Below are positions 18,187 through 26,896 of a stretch of DNA of 64,000 bases, piece after piece (positions within the stretch are counted from its first letter, which is position 1; every line of letters starts with the position of its first letter). This stretch comes from Mageeibacillus sp. UBA5747 (GTDB taxonomy: Bacteria; Bacillota; Clostridia; Saccharofermentanales; UBA5734). The notes beneath the pieces were generated by a model. It ran no database searches and had not been told where the DNA came from. It saw nothing but the letters and a program-made list of their open reading frames with translations. A program made the position numbers and the translations under genes. The stretch lies in assembly GCA_002419145.1 (NCBI GenBank), contig DIFN01000076.1, forward strand, positions 51,620 through 115,619. The letters run 5' to 3'.

Positions 18187-19440
18187 ATGAAAGTTTTAAT
18201 CGTCGGCGGCGGCGGCCGTGAACATGCCATCGCCTGGAAATTCAGCCAGAGCCCCCAAATCACCCAGCTGTATTGCGCCCCCGGCAATGCCGGGATTGCA
18301 AAGCTTGCCACGTGTGTCCCGATCAAGGCCACCGATCTGGAGGCAATGGTCCAGTTTGCGGTGACACAAAACATCGACCTGGTCTTTGTGGCGCCGGATG
18401 ATCCGCTGGCGCTGGGCATGGTGGATGCCCTGCAGCAGGCTGGTATCCGGGCATTTGGCCCATCGAAGGCGGCAGCCAGGATTGAGGCCAGCAAGTCGTT
18501 TGCCAAAGATCTGATGCACCGCTACCAGATCCCGACTGCAGATTATGCCGTGTTTGAATCGACCCCGGCAGCCCTGGCCTATCTGAACGGCTGCGATCTG
18601 CCGATTGTGATCAAGGCAGATGGCCTGGCCCTTGGTAAAGGAGTCATCATCGCTCAGACCCAGCTGGAAGCCGAACAAGCCGTGCGCGCCATGCTGGAAG
18701 GCAATGTGTTCGGCCAGGCAGGCAGCCGGGTGATCATCGAGTCTTTCCTGACGGGTCCGGAATTGACGGTCCTGGCTTTTACCGATGGCAAGACTGTGGT
18801 GCCGATGGTGTCCTCCCGAGATCATAAGCGTGCCTTTGACCAGGACCAGGGACCCAATACAGGAGGCATGGGGACGATAGCCCCAGGGGCCAGCCTTTCA
18901 GAAAAGGACCAGCAACACCTGATGGCTGCGATTTTCCAGCCCACGATCGATGCCATGGCGAGTGAAGGCTGTCCCTTCAAGGGCGTCATCTATTTTGGCC
19001 TCATGCTGACGCCCACTGGACCGAAAGTGATTGAATACAATGCCCGCTTTGGTGATCCGGAGGCCCAGGTTGTGCTGCCGCTTCTGGAGACGGACCTCAT
19101 GGAAATCTGCCTGGCTGTCCTGGAAGAACGCCTCGACCAGATCAAAATCCGCTGGCAGGAAGATCGCAGCGCCTGCTGTGTGGTCATGGCTTCCGGCGGC
19201 TATCCGGGATCCTACACGACCGGCTATCCGATATCTGGTCTTGATACGGTTACCAGGAGTCTGGTTTTCCACGCCGGCACCAGACAGGAAGGCTCACAGA
19301 TCGTGACCGCTGGCGGCCGAGTCCTGGGCGTCACCGCGGTGGCCGACTCACTCGAAGATGCCATTGACCAGGCCTACCAGGATGTTGCCAGGATCCATTT
19401 CGTGCAAGCACACTATCGCAAGGACATCGGGCGGACGTGA
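18187..19440 (+). CDS. purD: Phosphoribosylamine--glycine ligase
   Basis: Start at MKVLIVGGGGREHA. ATP-grasp pattern (IEYNARFGDPE). Confidence 0.92.
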   Translation: MKVLIVGGGGREHAIAWKFSQSPQITQLYCAPGNAGIAKLATCVPIKATDLEAMVQFAVTQNIDLVFVAPDDPLALGMVDALQQAGIRAFGPSKAAARIEASKSFAKDLMHRYQIPTADYAVFESTPAALAYLNGCDLPIVIKADGLALGKGVIIAQTQLEAEQAVRAMLEGNVFGQAGSRVIIESFLTGPELTVLAFTDGKTVVPMVSSRDHKRAFDQDQGPNTGGMGTIAPGASLSEKDQQHLMAAIFQPTIDAMASEGCPFKGVIYFGLMLTPTGPKVIEYNARFGDPEAQVVLPLLETDLMEICLAVLEERLDQIKIRWQEDRSACCVVMASGGYPGSYTTGYPISGLDTVTRSLVFHAGTRQEGSQIVTAGGRVLGVTAVADSLEDAIDQAYQDVARIHFVQAHYRKDIGRT

Positions 19441-20672
19441 TCAGAATTGGCTTGATTGGCGGGACCTTCGATCCCTTTCACAATGGCCACCGCAAACTGG
19501 TCGAAGCGGTCCTGAAATCAGGCCTGGTCGACCGGGTTATTTTGATGGTCGCCGGCCAGCAGCCGCACAAGACCAAGCTGAAAGTCTCAGCAGCTGGGTA
19601 CCGTTATGAAATGGCCGTGCGCGGGGTGTCAGACCTGGAACTGGTCGAAGTCTCTGACTTGGAAATCAGGCGTCCAGGCCGTTCTTATACGGTTGACACG
19701 CTGGCACTTCTGCGGCACGAGCTGGCGCCGGAGGACAAGATAGTCCTGGTCTACGGTTCAGATGTCTTGTTTGATCTGCCATCGTGGCGTTTTCCGGAAA
19801 AAATCCTGGCCGAAGCAGACTTGCTGATTGCGCACCGCGGCGGAATCAGCCAGCAGGATGCAAAGGCCCAGGCCGATCGGCTGTGCCAGGATTTCAACGC
19901 CCGGATCCAGTTCCTGGATGCTCCGATGCTGGAACTGTCGGCAACCGAAGTTCGGGCAGCTGCAGTCAGAGGTGAGCTCGATACCGGGAAGATTCCGGAA
20001 CGGGTAGCCAGCTTGATCTCACGGCATGATTTGTACGGCTATGATGATGAATTAGCTGTGGTCGAACCGGCAATCTGGCACCAATTGTCAGATTATGAAT
20101 GCCAAGTCAGACCTTTGCTGAATCACAAACGGCTGCTTCACTCACTCAATGTCATGCGCTATGCCATGCACTTGGCGCAAATCCATAGGGTGTCGGTCGA
20201 AAAGGCAGGTATTGCCGGCCTGATGCATGATTGCGCCAAATGCCTTGAAGCCCATACGGTGCTCCATTATGCTCGCCTGGCTGGTGACCCTGAACTGCTT
20301 GAACCAGCCCTGGCCCATGGTCCGGCCGGTGCCTGGCTGGCCCGGCACCAGTTTGGAATCGAAGACCCGGAGATCCTTCAAGCGATCCACTACCATACCA
20401 CAGGAAATGGGGACATGTCGGACCTGGACCTTTTGATCTATGTGGCTGATAAAGTCGAACCAGCCCGGACCTACAACAATCTCGAAGCCATCCGCGAGGC
20501 TGCTGAAACCGATCTGGTCCAAGCCATGCGCTTGTGCCTGGTCGAAGTCGAAGCGTTTCTCGAGCGGGAAAACAAGCCTTCCCATCCCTATGCCCAGGCC
20601 GCGCTGATGAAACTGGGCGTTTGGGTCCAACAGACAGACCGGACAGACACAAAGCTGCCGGAAGAATCATAG
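19437..20672 (+). CDS. nadD: Fusion protein: nicotinate-nucleotide adenylyltransferase (NadD) plus YqeK-type HD phosphohydrolase
   Basis: 411 aa. The N-terminal half has GGTFDPFHNGH (the HxGH motif). The C-terminal half has an HD domain (HSLNV..., LMHDCAK, HYHTTG) like YqeK. GTGA overlap with purD. Confidence 0.85.
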   Translation: MIRIGLIGGTFDPFHNGHRKLVEAVLKSGLVDRVILMVAGQQPHKTKLKVSAAGYRYEMAVRGVSDLELVEVSDLEIRRPGRSYTVDTLALLRHELAPEDKIVLVYGSDVLFDLPSWRFPEKILAEADLLIAHRGGISQQDAKAQADRLCQDFNARIQFLDAPMLELSATEVRAAAVRGELDTGKIPERVASLISRHDLYGYDDELAVVEPAIWHQLSDYECQVRPLLNHKRLLHSLNVMRYAMHLAQIHRVSVEKAGIAGLMHDCAKCLEAHTVLHYARLAGDPELLEPALAHGPAGAWLARHQFGIEDPEILQAIHYHTTGNGDMSDLDLLIYVADKVEPARTYNNLEAIREAAETDLVQAMRLCLVEVEAFLERENKPSHPYAQAALMKLGVWVQQTDRTDTKLPEES

Positions 20673-20693
20673 AAAGAACAAAGGAGAAACAAA

Positions 20694-21032
20694 TTGACTG
20701 CATCAGATTTAGCACAGAAAATCAAAACCATCCTGGAAGACAAGAAGGCCCAGAACATCGATGTCATCGATGTCTCTGACAAGACGATCCTGGCGGACTA
20801 TTTTGTCATCGCCACCGGTACATCGACCACCCACGTCAAGGCATTGGCCGATGAGGTCGAGTATATGATCAAGGAAAATGAGAATCGCCAAGTGGACCAT
20901 GTCGAGGGGTTTGAATCCTCCCGTTGGATCCTGCTGGATTATGGCGATGTTGTCGTCCATATCTTCCACAGCGAAGAAAGAGATTTCTACAGCCTGGAGA
21001 AACTCTGGCAGCAAAGCCGCAGCCGCGCGTAA
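20694..21032 (+). CDS. rsfS: Ribosome silencing factor RsfS (iojap-like)
   Basis: 112 aa with a TTG start after AAAGGAGA. Motifs DYFVIATGTSTTHVKA and WILLDYGDVVVHIF. Confidence 0.85.
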   Translation: MTASDLAQKIKTILEDKKAQNIDVIDVSDKTILADYFVIATGTSTTHVKALADEVEYMIKENENRQVDHVEGFESSRWILLDYGDVVVHIFHSEERDFYSLEKLWQQSRSRA

Positions 21033-21122
21033 ATTGTCGTTTTGACCGGAGCCACAAACTCTTCGGGGCGTAGGGTCCGGCCAAGACGGGTGTCGAATCT
21101 TGTCGAGATTTGACGATGAAAA

Positions 21123-21148
21123 GAGGGTAGGGGAGCCTGCCCTTTTTT
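21123..21148 (+). terminator. Rho-independent terminator after rsfS
   Basis: Stem GGGTAGG / CCTGCCC (one G-U pair) followed by TTTTTT. Confidence 0.6.
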
Positions 21149-21185
21149 GATATGCTGGTCAAGAACTCAGTGGGGAGTAGGAGCC

Positions 21186-21839
21186 ATGCAGACAATCGAA
21201 CTGAAACGGCATACCATCTGGATCCTGATTGGGCTTTGCCTGTTCTCACTGGCAGCTGTGGCACTTGAGATCAGACGCGGCCAGCCTGCAGGTTTCGAGA
21301 TCACGACCCAAGAAAGCCTGGAGGCACGTGCGGTGGCAGAGGTGGATCTCCACAACCAACCGACCGGGACAGCTGCCGCTCCTTCAGAGCTGAGCCAGGA
21401 TCTAGTCCCCGTCTATCTGGTCGGGGCTGTGCACAAACCCGGGATCTACCTGGTTGCGCGTGGCAGCTACCTGTATGAACTGGTGGAACAAGCGGGCGGA
21501 CTGAGGGAAGATGCAGCCAAGGATGAAATTAATCTGGCTCTGGCTTTGCCGGGCAATTGCCACATCCGGATTCCAACTGAGTCTGAAGCAGCCGAGGATC
21601 CAGATAAACGAGCGATCCTGGTCGATACAGCCTCGACCGAGACTTTGTTGATCAATATCAACAGTGCTACTGCGGAAGCACTCGACCAGCTACCAGGGAT
21701 TGGACCGGCTACCGCCAAGGCCATCCTGGATTTCAGGGAAAGAAACGGTCCGTTCAAGAGTAAAGAGGACTTGATGCAAGTCTCCGGTATCAAGCAAAGC
21801 CGACTCGACGCCATCCGTGATTTGATCACCATCTCCTGA
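21186..21839 (+). CDS. comEA: ComEA family DNA-binding protein
   Basis: Start at MQTIELKR. N-terminal TM segment, SLBB-like middle, and a C-terminal helix-hairpin-helix (NINSATAEALDQLPGIGPATAKAILDFRE). Confidence 0.8.
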   Translation: MQTIELKRHTIWILIGLCLFSLAAVALEIRRGQPAGFEITTQESLEARAVAEVDLHNQPTGTAAAPSELSQDLVPVYLVGAVHKPGIYLVARGSYLYELVEQAGGLREDAAKDEINLALALPGNCHIRIPTESEAAEDPDKRAILVDTASTETLLININSATAEALDQLPGIGPATAKAILDFRERNGPFKSKEDLMQVSGIKQSRLDAIRDLITIS

Positions 21840-21901
21840 AAATTCGCATCTGCTTTAACAAGACAAAGGCTGCTGGCAATACGCGCGAAGGTCAGGCATA
21901 T

Positions 21902-21930
21902 TTTACAAATCCAGACAGATTGATTATCAT
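21902..21930 (+). promoter_or_regulatory. Candidate sigma-A promoter for thrS
   Basis: TTTACA, 17-bp spacer, TATCAT. Lies about 55 nt upstream of the thrS ATG. Confidence 0.4.
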
Positions 21931-21983
21931 GGAATAACCTGTCCAGACTGACCTATATTTAACTGGCAGGTTTGGAGGTTGCC

Positions 21984-23759
21984 ATGTCAGATTTTTCCGA
22001 TGCGTCCTATCGTCACGCATTTCGCCATACCTCAGCCCATATCCTGGCCCAGGCGGTCAAACGCCTGTACCCCCAGACCAGACTAGCCATCGGACCTGCG
22101 ATCGAGTCCGGCTATTATTATGATTTTGACCGGGCCGAACCCTTTGCGTCCGAAGAACTGGGCAAGATCGAAGAAGAAATGAAAAAAATCGTCAAGGCCA
22201 ATTTCCCGATCGAACGTTTCGAATTGCCGCGGGATGAAGCAAAAGCCCTGATGGCTGAGGCAGGTGAGACATACAAGGTTGAATTGATCGACGATTTGCC
22301 ATCAGATGCGACCATCAGCTTTTATCGTCAAGGTGAGTTTGTTGATTTGTGTGCGGGTCCTCATCTGTCTTCCACCGGTGAGGTCAAAGCATTCAAATTG
22401 ACTCAAGTGGCTGGTGCCTACTGGCGCGGCAGCGAAAAAAACAAAATGCTGCAGCGCATTTATGGGACCAGTTTTCCGGACAAGCAGCAGCTCAAGGATT
22501 ACCTGGACCAGCAAGAGGAAGCAAAAAAACGCGATCACAACAAACTGGGCCGGGAACTGGGCTACTTCACGACCGTTGATTACATTGGCCAGGGGTTGCC
22601 GATTCTGCTGCCGAAAGGCGCCCGGACGATCCAGCTCCTGCAGCGCTTCGTCGAAGACGAAGAAGAGCGCCGCGGCTATCAGTTGACGAAGACCCCCTTC
22701 ATGGCCAAATCGGACCTGTACAAGATATCCGGCCATTGGCACCACTACCGTGATAGCATGTTCATCATCGGCGATCCTGAGAAAGCCGATACGGAGGAAG
22801 TCCTGGCTTTGCGCCCGATGACGTGCCCGTTCCAGTTCCAGGCGTATCTGACCAAGACCCGCAGCTATCGTGACCTGCCGATCCGATATGGCGAGACGTC
22901 GACCTTGTTTCGCAACGAGTCATCCGGTGAAATGCACGGCCTGATCCGGGTGCGTCAGTTCACCATTTCCGAGGGTCATTTGATCTGTACCCCGGATCAG
23001 TTGGAACAAGAATTCCAGGGTGCCTTGGATCTGGCAAATTTCATGCTCCAGGCAGTCGGGCTGGATGATGATGTCAGCTACCGCTTCTCGCTCTGGGATG
23101 AAAGCAACCGTGAAAAATACATTGGTTCAGCCCAGGAGTGGGAGGCTGTCCAGGGGACGATGCGCCAGATCCTCGACCGCGCGCAGATCCCTTATGTTGA
23201 GGAGATCGGTGAGGCCGCATTCTATGGTCCTAAACTGGACATCCAGATCCGCAATGTCTTTGGCAAGGAAGACACCCTGATCACGATCCAGATCGATTTT
23301 CAGCTGGCTGAACGGTTTGAAATGGAATATACCGACCGGGACGGTGAAAAGCGCCACCCTTATATCATTCATCGCACCTCCATCGGCTGTTATGAACGGA
23401 CCTTGGCCCTGTTGATCGAAAAGTATGCGGGCGCCCTGCCGCTCTGGATCGCACCCGAACAGGCCAGGATTTTGCCGATATCCGAACGTCACCTCGAAGC
23501 AGCCCGGTCCATTGCCGCACGCCTGAGACAGGCCGGCCTGCGGGTTGAGATCGATAGCCGTGATGAGAAAATCGGCAAGAAGATCCGCGAAGCCCAGATG
23601 GACAAATTACAATACATGCTCGTCCTCGGGGATGCCGAAATCGAAACAGACAGCCTCGCCGTGCGTTCCCGCCAGGAAGGTGACCTTGGGGTCATGACAG
23701 TCGATGCGGTGAGCGCTAAGCTTGTCCACGAAGTCCAGACCCGCTACATTGCCCGTTAA
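21984..23759 (+). CDS. thrS: Threonine--tRNA ligase (short form lacking the N-terminal TGS domain)
   Basis: Start at MSDFSD after a GGAGG RBS. The protein begins directly in the editing/SAD domain (HTSAHILAQA), followed by the class II core and anticodon-binding domain. Confidence 0.92.
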   Translation: MSDFSDASYRHAFRHTSAHILAQAVKRLYPQTRLAIGPAIESGYYYDFDRAEPFASEELGKIEEEMKKIVKANFPIERFELPRDEAKALMAEAGETYKVELIDDLPSDATISFYRQGEFVDLCAGPHLSSTGEVKAFKLTQVAGAYWRGSEKNKMLQRIYGTSFPDKQQLKDYLDQQEEAKKRDHNKLGRELGYFTTVDYIGQGLPILLPKGARTIQLLQRFVEDEEERRGYQLTKTPFMAKSDLYKISGHWHHYRDSMFIIGDPEKADTEEVLALRPMTCPFQFQAYLTKTRSYRDLPIRYGETSTLFRNESSGEMHGLIRVRQFTISEGHLICTPDQLEQEFQGALDLANFMLQAVGLDDDVSYRFSLWDESNREKYIGSAQEWEAVQGTMRQILDRAQIPYVEEIGEAAFYGPKLDIQIRNVFGKEDTLITIQIDFQLAERFEMEYTDRDGEKRHPYIIHRTSIGCYERTLALLIEKYAGALPLWIAPEQARILPISERHLEAARSIAARLRQAGLRVEIDSRDEKIGKKIREAQMDKLQYMLVLGDAEIETDSLAVRSRQEGDLGVMTVDAVSAKLVHEVQTRYIAR

Positions 23760-23815
23760 GGACCCCCTGATTAACTTTTGCTTCTGCCGGCCGCAGAATC
23801 CCCCCCGGATCTGGG

Positions 23816-23844
23816 CGAAGTTCGAAAACACGAAGTTCGAAAAC
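23816..23844 (+). repeat. Tandem direct repeat, 2 x CGAAGTTCGAAAAC (15-bp period)
   Basis: Unit 1 is at 23816-23829 and unit 2 at 23831-23844, both exact. They end 4 nt before the -35 of the tRNA-Pro promoter. Confidence 0.6.
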
Positions 23845-23848
23845 GCCC

Positions 23849-23877
23849 TTGACACTGTGGTTTTTTACCAGTAGAAT
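23849..23877 (+). promoter_or_regulatory. Sigma-A promoter for tRNA-Pro
   Basis: TTGACA (23849-23854), 17-bp spacer, TAGAAT (23872-23877). Lies 12 nt before the tRNA 5' end. Confidence 0.6.
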
Positions 23878-23889
23878 AGCAAAAGTCAA

Positions 23890-23965
23890 CGGGGTGTGGC
23901 TCAGGTGGTAGAGCGCTTGGTTCGGGACCAAGAGGCCGGAGGTTCAAGTCCTCTCACTCCGACCA
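23890..23965 (+). tRNA. tRNA-Pro (anticodon CGG)
   Basis: Manual cloverleaf: acceptor CGGGGTG/CACTCCG, anticodon stem CTTGG/CCAAG with loop TTCGGGA, T-arm GGAGG TTCAAGT CCTCT. CCA is encoded. Confidence 0.9.
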
Positions 23966-23975
23966 GTTAAAAATG

Positions 23976-24020
23976 ACCAGTTTCCAGAAGGCAGTGCCAG
24001 CAGGAGACTGGTTTTTATTT
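23976..24020 (+). terminator. Rho-independent terminator after tRNA-Pro
   Basis: Stem ACCAGTTTCC / GGAGACTGGT (one G-U pair) followed by TTTTTATTT. Confidence 0.6.
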
Positions 24021-24089
24021 GTTGTGAGACACATCATATTTGTCATATACTGGAACAAAACACCTGTGTTAGTGACAGACAGGAAGGAA

Positions 24090-24929
24090 ATGAAAAGCAT
24101 GAGCCATGCCGATGATCTTTTTATTGCCAATTGTGAGCAGATTCTGAGCCAGGGATACGATGAGACAGGTAACGATGTCCGTCCACGATGGGAGGATGGC
24201 ACACCTGCCTATACCATCAAGACGTTTGGACTTGTCAATCGGTACAACCTGGCCGAGGAATTCCCGATTTTGACGCTGCGTCCTATCCATTTCAAGGCAG
24301 CCATTGACGAGCTGCTCTGGATCTGGCAGAAAAAATCAAATCGGGTCGCTGACCTGAACAGTCACATCTGGGACAGTTGGGCCGACGCCCAAGGGACGAT
24401 CGGGAAAGCTTATGGTTATCAGCTGGCCCAAAAAGCAATCTACAAAGAAGGTGAATTTGACCAGGTTGACCGTTTGCTTTACGACCTCAAGCACAACCCA
24501 AGCAGCAGACGGATGCTGACCAACCTTTACAACCACCAGGATCTGCATGCCATGCAGCTCTATCCTTGTGCTTACAGCCTGACTTTGAATGTATCTGGTC
24601 ACACGCTCAATGCCATCCTCAACCAGCGCTCCCAGGACATGCTGGTTGCCAATAGCTGGAATGTGACTCAGTACGCCGTGCTCGTCCACCTGCTTGCCCA
24701 GGTTAGCGGACTTGCAGTTGGAGAGCTGGTCCATGTCATTGCAGATGCCCACATCTACGACCGCCATGTGCCGCTGGTGCGGGAGCTGATCACACGGACA
24801 GCCTATCCTGCCCCGACCCTTTCCATCAATCCCGAGATCAAAGATTTCTACCAGTTCACAGTCTCTGACATCGAACTTAAAAACTACCAGACGGGCGAGA
24901 AAATGACCCGGATTCCTGTGGCGGTCTGA
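24090..24929 (+). CDS. thyA: Thymidylate synthase (ThyA, B. subtilis ThyA-like subtype)
   Basis: Start at MKSMSHADD (alternative ATG at 24099). Motifs ELLWIWQ, NPSSRR, PCAY and RSQDMLVA. The long in-frame extension upstream is judged non-coding. Confidence 0.9.
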   Translation: MKSMSHADDLFIANCEQILSQGYDETGNDVRPRWEDGTPAYTIKTFGLVNRYNLAEEFPILTLRPIHFKAAIDELLWIWQKKSNRVADLNSHIWDSWADAQGTIGKAYGYQLAQKAIYKEGEFDQVDRLLYDLKHNPSSRRMLTNLYNHQDLHAMQLYPCAYSLTLNVSGHTLNAILNQRSQDMLVANSWNVTQYAVLVHLLAQVSGLAVGELVHVIADAHIYDRHVPLVRELITRTAYPAPTLSINPEIKDFYQFTVSDIELKNYQTGEKMTRIPVAV

Positions 24930-24933
24930 TGAA

Positions 24934-25431
24934 ATGGATGCGATTGTTGCCGTCGACCTGGATTGGGGCATTGGCTACCAGAATGAATTGCTGTTTCGAA
25001 TCAAGGCCGATCTGAAACGGTTCAAAGACATGACACAGGGACAGGTTGTCATCCTAGGCCGTAAAACCCTCCAGACTTTCCCCGGCGGGCGGCCGTTGCC
25101 TGCGCGGGTCAATCTGGTTGTTTCCCGGAATCCATCCTTGGTCATCGAGGGAGCAACGGTGTGCCATAGCCGCGCAGAGGTCCTGACAGCTGTGGCGTTG
25201 TATCCGGACAAACATGTCTACGTCATCGGTGGCAGCAGCATTTATCGCGAGTTCCTGCCGGACTGTCAGCATGTCTATGTGACCCGAGTCCAGCGTCACC
25301 AGCAAGCTGACACCTTTTTCCCTGACCTCGATGCGCTGCCCGACTGGCGGTGTGTGCGGTCAGAACCTGTTCAGGAAGAAAATGGCCTCCTGTTCAATTA
25401 TCTGATTTATGAACAAGCACACCGATCATAA
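24934..25431 (+). CDS. folA: Dihydrofolate reductase
   Basis: 165 aa with IVAVDLDWGIG and VILGRKT..., VIGGSSIY motifs. Sits next to thyA. Confidence 0.88.
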   Translation: MDAIVAVDLDWGIGYQNELLFRIKADLKRFKDMTQGQVVILGRKTLQTFPGGRPLPARVNLVVSRNPSLVIEGATVCHSRAEVLTAVALYPDKHVYVIGGSSIYREFLPDCQHVYVTRVQRHQQADTFFPDLDALPDWRCVRSEPVQEENGLLFNYLIYEQAHRS

Positions 25432-26893
25432 GAGCCGTGAAAAAACAGGACGACGGACCAGGCTTATCTGCCTGATCTTTGCCTGCTTTAGTTTGGTGGG
25501 CTGCTCCCTGCCAGCTCAATCAAATTATCCAGAGGTACCGGCGCAATCGAGTCTTCTGGAATCGTCATCCGGTAGCCTGCCGCAACCCGATTTATCCGGC
25601 TCGGACGATCTTGGAGCAGATAGCGATGCCACCATTACCTTGCGTGTGGCTGGATCCTGGTCAGCGGAACAACTTGACCTTCTGGGCCGCTATTATGAAC
25701 TTACCTTGAACCAAGTCAGCACCTTGGCACATGAAGACAGCCGGGGCAACCACATCAGTCTGGATTACCTATCTGCCTATGAATCTGATTTACACTTGGT
25801 CGCTGTGCCGCTGGCACAAGCGCTATGGCTGACAGATGAGCAGGCACGCGCCTGGACAGCTGCCGGAGATTGGCCGGATTTGGTGCTGACCGACCATTAT
25901 TCCGCAATCCAGGCAAACCAGCTCCTGGATTTGACCCCCTATTTAATGGATGACAAGCGGCTCTCGGCAGACAAAGTCAGCCCCGCTTTGCTATCTGCCA
26001 GTCAAAGCCCCCAGGGCTTGCTCTATCTTCCCTGGCGTATTTCGGTGCCGGTCTTGCTGTTTGATCCTCAAGCGGTGCCTGAATCTGCACCCGTCGAGTT
26101 CGATCAGGTGCCCAGTTGGCAGGAGTTTGTGGAGCATTGCCACCGCCTGGGTCCATCCACTGAAAACAGACTGGTTCTTGCCAATCCGGAATTTCTCTTG
26201 CCGGTGCTGCCTTTGGGCCAGGATACCCAAACTGGTTGGACCGGCTGGGATGGCAGTCGGTTCGATTTCACCAGTCGGGATTTTACAAGCACCGCCACTG
26301 CCTTGCGCCATTTGGTCGAGGATGGTGCCACCGGCGTGGATGCGGCTGTCAGCTACCCCGATTATCAGCTTGCAACACAGGCCATGCTGGGAGCTAACCA
26401 GGTAGCCTACCAGGCCATGGACTCCAGTCAGCTGGTTACTTTATCAGCCGGCAGATCCGCTGTGCAGGTCATCCCGTTGCCCAGAACGGTCGATGGGACG
26501 TACCCCTATCCCGTGAACATCAAGGCTCTTTCTGTCAGCAAATCCACAGGCCAGCCTGAACTGGCCAGTCAAGTTGCAGCTTTTTTGGCCGCAGATCCGG
26601 ATGCGCTGTATCTGCAAAACCGCCTCAAACCTCAACCAGGCCTTTTCCCGATAATCCGGGACAGGGACGTCTGGGCAGCTTTCCTGAGCCAAGTCCCGGG
26701 CCGAACCGGATCTCTGGATCAATTACCAGATCTTATGGAGCGCCCTGCTCCTGGCGGATCATTCACCAGTGCTGCCTGGCCAGCCCTGTACCAGGAACTT
26801 GCCGGTCCGTCAGCCTATCGCTTGCTCACTGAATCAGAGATCGATCCGGTCATCCAAAGCCTGCAGCAGCTCTGGGATGAAAAGGAAGGGTGA
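25409..26893 (+). CDS. Putative lipoprotein, ABC-type solute-binding protein (family 1)-like
   Basis: Signal peptide with lipobox LVGC|S. The mature part loosely resembles extracellular solute-binding proteins. Overlaps folA by 23 nt. Function uncertain. Confidence 0.5.
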   Translation: MNKHTDHKSREKTGRRTRLICLIFACFSLVGCSLPAQSNYPEVPAQSSLLESSSGSLPQPDLSGSDDLGADSDATITLRVAGSWSAEQLDLLGRYYELTLNQVSTLAHEDSRGNHISLDYLSAYESDLHLVAVPLAQALWLTDEQARAWTAAGDWPDLVLTDHYSAIQANQLLDLTPYLMDDKRLSADKVSPALLSASQSPQGLLYLPWRISVPVLLFDPQAVPESAPVEFDQVPSWQEFVEHCHRLGPSTENRLVLANPEFLLPVLPLGQDTQTGWTGWDGSRFDFTSRDFTSTATALRHLVEDGATGVDAAVSYPDYQLATQAMLGANQVAYQAMDSSQLVTLSAGRSAVQVIPLPRTVDGTYPYPVNIKALSVSKSTGQPELASQVAAFLAADPDALYLQNRLKPQPGLFPIIRDRDVWAAFLSQVPGRTGSLDQLPDLMERPAPGGSFTSAAWPALYQELAGPSAYRLLTESEIDPVIQSLQQLWDEKEG

Positions 26894-26896
26894 CAC

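Noticed and set aside
23973-24089. In-frame N-terminal extension of thyA that would start right after tRNA-Pro
   Set aside because: The extension overlaps the tRNA terminator hairpin and has no RBS. It also adds about 39 residues absent from ThyA homologs. The ATG at 24090 follows AGGAAGGA.
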